NCBI GenBank assembly: GCA_047495785.1
Contig: JBLDXI010000032.1
Coordinates: 2,046,001 to 2,110,000 of the forward strand
DNA: 64,000 nucleotides
Reading direction: 5' to 3'
Source of the DNA: Lepidodermella squamata
Lineage: Eukaryota > Animalia > Gastrotricha
Shown here: piece by piece, positions 59,918 to 64,000 of the stretch
How positions within the stretch are numbered: position 1 is the first letter of the stretch
Layout: each line of letters starts with the position of its first letter
Notes under the pieces: generated by a model
Told to the model about the DNA's origin: nothing
Databases searched by the model: none
Seen by the model: the letters and a program-made list of their open reading frames with translations, nothing else
Program-made: the position numbers and the translations under genes

Positions 59918-61015
59918 ATTGCGGGTGACGGATGAGAGATGACCCGTGTATATTTAATTCAGAACAAACAGAATATCTAGCAATTAGATGAATAGCCACA
60001 AGAAAAGCTGTATTTAAATTTAAGTCAAGGAAACATCTGCGTGTACACTTTCGTGTTAGGCATGAAAAGTACTTATCATCTTGGTTAAACTGGCCGTTGG
60101 CTGAATTTTTTCAACTGTCATCTAATTTGGACTTTGATCAGCTGCAAAAAATCGCGGAAGGTTATAAACACATGAAGAATCTTAAATTGTAATAACGCAC
60201 GCAATCATGAGATTGCGCAGCAACAAAATGTGCGGTTCAAGGCCTTTTACCTGAAGTTTTCTTTGAAGCGCCGTTATGCCAGATAGCTATTACAGTCAAC
60301 TATTTCAGATTTTATACTCATCTGGCAAAAAATCGCGAAAATGCCATCACGTGACGAAGAGGGGATTTACGTGGCAGAAATTATGAGGCTTTTGCAACAT
60401 GCAAGAGCGCTCCGGGTTCGACACCTGCGCTTGCCCGCGCGTTTATTGTTCACCCAAGCGGCGTTAAGTTGAAATTCGCCGATGTGTACAGGCTGTACTG
60501 AAGCCGGTCCAAGCGCGGACCGGCAAACTCTGCCACTTGGCTACACATCAATGCAATAACAGGTTTACTTGGGCGATAGGCCTATATGCCGGATCTCGTT
60601 TGGTACATGATTAAAAGGTGATTATAAGGTAATTATTTAAAAGTTATAATCTTTGAGCGTCATTAACTTAGTCTCCAACCTCAACGCTAACCTAAAATCA
60701 GTGTTCTTTAAGCATGTTACACATGTTACAATGTAACAACCAAAATTGAATTAACTTCTGAAAAAGGCTGTTGCATCGTCATTTCTAGGAGGCTTTGGAG
60801 CCTATTCTAGTGGGAAATCCTAAACATTTACTCGCTTCGCTAGTATTATTAACGCAGCATTAAATACTCCATCTTGGACTGAGACGTTACTACCGCAAAA
60901 TCATTTGTGAAAACAATCGTTTGCTCAAAAACACTTTAATATAGTCAATAACATTTTTTTAAACTGCAAACTGCAAAGAAAACGGGGGTACAAAGATTTT
61001 TAAGATTTAAAGCAA

Positions 61016-62405
61016 TCAATTTGTGGTTGATACCTCGTGGTGAATTGCACCCGCAACATATAAAACATTGGCGGCATTTAATCCGCTGAAATTGATACGT
61101 CCATTCCTCATAATGTAGACGTGGAATTCTGCCATCAAACGATCTGCTTGCTCGGCAGTTAAACCTGAGAAAGAAAACATTCCAACGTGTTGAGTGAAGT
61201 GCGACCAGTTTCCAGGTGTTCCCAGCTCCTTTAATCTATCGCACAGCTTCTTTCTCAATGCCACAACTCTGGTGTTCATAGATCTCAAATTTTCCAACCT
61301 GAAAATAGTAAAAAGCGCTTTGCTATGAAAAATTTAGACATAATTAGAGAAAATATATACCATTCTTGCTTTAGCTCTGGGTTGTTCAGAACAGTTGATA
61401 CGATTATAGCGCCCAAGTTCACAGGATTACCCCACATGGTAACAGCAATCTGGCTCATTTGAGACTTTATTTTGGCTTGGTCATTCGAATCGGGAAATAC
61501 ATAATTCACCGCACCAATACGCGCGCCGTAGAGACCAAAATTCTTAGAGAACGACTGAGCTGTAAATACTTCCAAGCCAAGCTCAACGAATAACCGAACA
61601 GCAAATGCGTCAGTTTCTGGATCTCCAGACGCAATGCCTTGGTAAGCCAGATCGAAAATCGGAAACAGGTTCTTTCTTCTCACGAGTTCGCTTATAGCAA
61701 GCCAGTCTTCTTTGCTTGGATCTGCTCCAGTCGGGTTGTTGGCGCAAGCTTGAAGGACAATTACTGACCCCTGTTAACAAGAAATTCACTTGTGAAACAA
61801 GGAAAGTCATTGTTCTTTACCTCAGGAGCGGATTCCAATGACAAAAGCATGTCTGGCAAGCTGAAGGAAGTGTTGCTGCTGTTCATGTAGAAGTAATCCT
61901 GGGTGACGTAGCCGGCATTCTCGAAAAGTGGTTGGTGGTTGATCCAGGTGGGGTTCGGGATCAAAACATGCGATTTTCCTAAGTGTTGCCGCAAATAATC
62001 GGCCGCTAGACGAACAGCTCCAGTTCCGCCAATCGTCTGAACAGTTGCAGTCCTATTGTCGCGAATAGCCGCTGAATTCTCGCCGAGCAGAAGTTTGACT
62101 GCTGCTGAGTTGAAATCTTCCATGCCTTCGAGTGGAAGATACGTATGGTTCATGACGAGATCTTCAATTGACAGCATGTGTTGAACACGGCGAACAACAG
62201 GTAGAGTCAGCAGTTTTGCATCCTCACCGAAGTATAAGCCAATTGTCAAATTGACCTTCTTCTCGTGAACATCATGTTTACAGATTTCATTCAATTGGAA
62301 AAGCTCGATAGCAGGAGTTACGTCGATGCTATGTGACAGATTCGGAACGGGTTTGCTAGGGCCAGATTTGAAGATGGACATGGCTTTTGTATCATCCGCA
62401 GGCAT
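61016..62405 (-). CDS. GOT1: Divergent aspartate aminotransferase-family (GOT1-like, class I PLP) enzyme
   Basis: Exons 62405-61821, 61770-61361, 61298-61016. Motifs KVNLTIG, YLPLEG, QTIGGTGAVR, PTWINH, NPTG, FDLAYQG, SFSKNFGLYG, GMFSFSGL, NGRIN. Confidence 0.9.
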
Positions 62406-64000
62406 TTTTTAGTTCGATTAAAGCACTATTCGAGCAAGTAATATGAATAATAATTTCAAGTTGAAAAAGGCTGATTCCGTGTTCATTCTATATTATCAAT
62501 TAAGACGGCTTCGAAAATAACCCCCAATGCTAAGGTACAGGTACAAGTAAAGGAACTTAATCCCATATCCCATAATGTCGACTTAATCGCCTGGATATAA
62601 TGTCGACTCTGTGACCTGCATGATTTTCGAACATGAAGTCATCTTCATTTCACTAAAGACTTTATCCCCTTGAAGTCGACATTAAGGACCGATTTTTTTC
62701 GAAATGGAGCATTTGTATAACTAATAATTGTATAACGAAACATAGCAATAATAGAGGCTGGCAGAAAGTAGGTCACGGCAGATGATGAGGTTTTTTGCCG
62801 GATAACGCTGACTTGGCACTCCCAAAAAGTCCGATAAGCCGCCTTAAAAGAATGGGGCCGCAGGTAGTACTGTGTCACGTTGTTTCTAAAAAAGACAAAT
62901 AGATTATCCATTTCTTTTTTAATTGTTCCTTAGAAACAACGTGACAAAGTCACATTTTTCTACCATCAATTTTAGGACTTCCACCAATAAAAAGGAAAAT
63001 ACAAATTTTCCCATCAATTTTGGGGTGAAAGTCCTAAAATTGACGGTAGAAAGCATTTTCCCCATGTGGAACTGACCCAACCTGGTAGGTGTGTTATTTT
63101 TCATGCAATTTGGCATGCAAACTGTCTGACACGTAGAGTTGTTAAAAAAACGCTGTCCGAGGATGGACAAAACAATTGACAGATTACTTATTTCATTTCG
63201 CTAAAACAGCATGCGTGATAATGGACAATATCTGCGTTAGATTCACAGCTGTGCGCGCCTTCTAATGTCTAATTTACGAAACTTAGTTGAACTTACGGAA
63301 TATATGTTCATCTTTTTCATTAGCTTGTTTATCATGGAATAAACCCACATGGCTATTTTTTTTAATAATTTTATGTATAGGTATAATTATACGCGCTCGA
63401 GGGCGTAGAAGAAGCGTACTTCAGGATTGATTACTTTTACAGCAAGAGAGGTTGTATTTTTTTTAGAACCTAAATTCGAACACGGTTGCACGCGAAATTC
63501 GTGAGCTATTATGCTAGGCTGTATTTGACTACAGTAATTGAGCGTGAAATTTGCCAACCTCTAGTTGATAATATCAGCTCTGGTCACCTGTTGACGCCAT
63601 TGCCTCCAACTAAAAAGATGTTGTGCTTCAGGCCGTCTTTCCATGCAATCTGCAAATTAGACCATTAGACAGCATCATCCATCAAAATCGCCAGCTTTTG
63701 CTGACCTCATAAATGCCGCCGTTGGCATGGCGCTGAAATTTTAGTGCTTTTTATTTCTGACAAAGACGGGCATCGATGAGTGATATTGAGTGAAGAAGCC
63801 GCATACTTAATCGCACGCAACCGGCGGGTAAAATTGGCATTGGGATGAAAATTGGCAGGGGATATCCTATTAGAGCGCTGCTCTCTTACAGTTATCGAAA
63901 GAAAAATGACGATGAAACGATTGGTTTTTGCAGGGCATTCGACTGATTAAATCGGGGCTTATCTCACACGCCTTTGCGCCAAAAATCTTCGATTTCTATA

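Noticed and set aside
62600-64000. Short ORFs and CCATCAATTTT repeats
   Set aside because: No domain, splice pattern or paired TIR could be supported.

Overview
AT-rich invertebrate (metazoan) nuclear DNA with short GT-AG introns; no prokaryotic features. 1-27 kb is gene-dense and TE-poor. It holds the 3' part of a tandem C-type lectin gene, an intronless secreted Gly-rich precursor, an espin/forked-like ankyrin gene, and a secreted mosaic protein (IgGFc-binding N-domain, MopE-like Asp/Cys repeats, SUEL lectin, F5/8C, 2 sushi). It also holds three tandem paralogous GPI-anchored Cys-rich (EB-module-like) surface proteins with Trp-rich low-complexity stalks, one hosting an intronic tRNA-Val(CAC). 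28-64 kb is a birth-and-death array of eight intronless two-EF-hand genes/pseudogenes ending in a divergent aspartate aminotransferase that lacks the dicarboxylate-binding Arg292. A decayed segmental duplicate (EF-hand gene plus GOT 3' end) lies at 36.4-41.3 kb. The region between is filled with nested transposons: a P/hAT-type foldback, CR1- and RTE-like LINEs, and MULE, Harbinger, hAT, Sola-like, Academ-like and piggyBac-like elements. It also contains a disrupted kinase-ankyrin gene with 22 near-identical 34-aa repeats that vary mainly at DARPin-like binding positions. Exon boundaries were read by eye and family assignments rest on motifs, not database searches.
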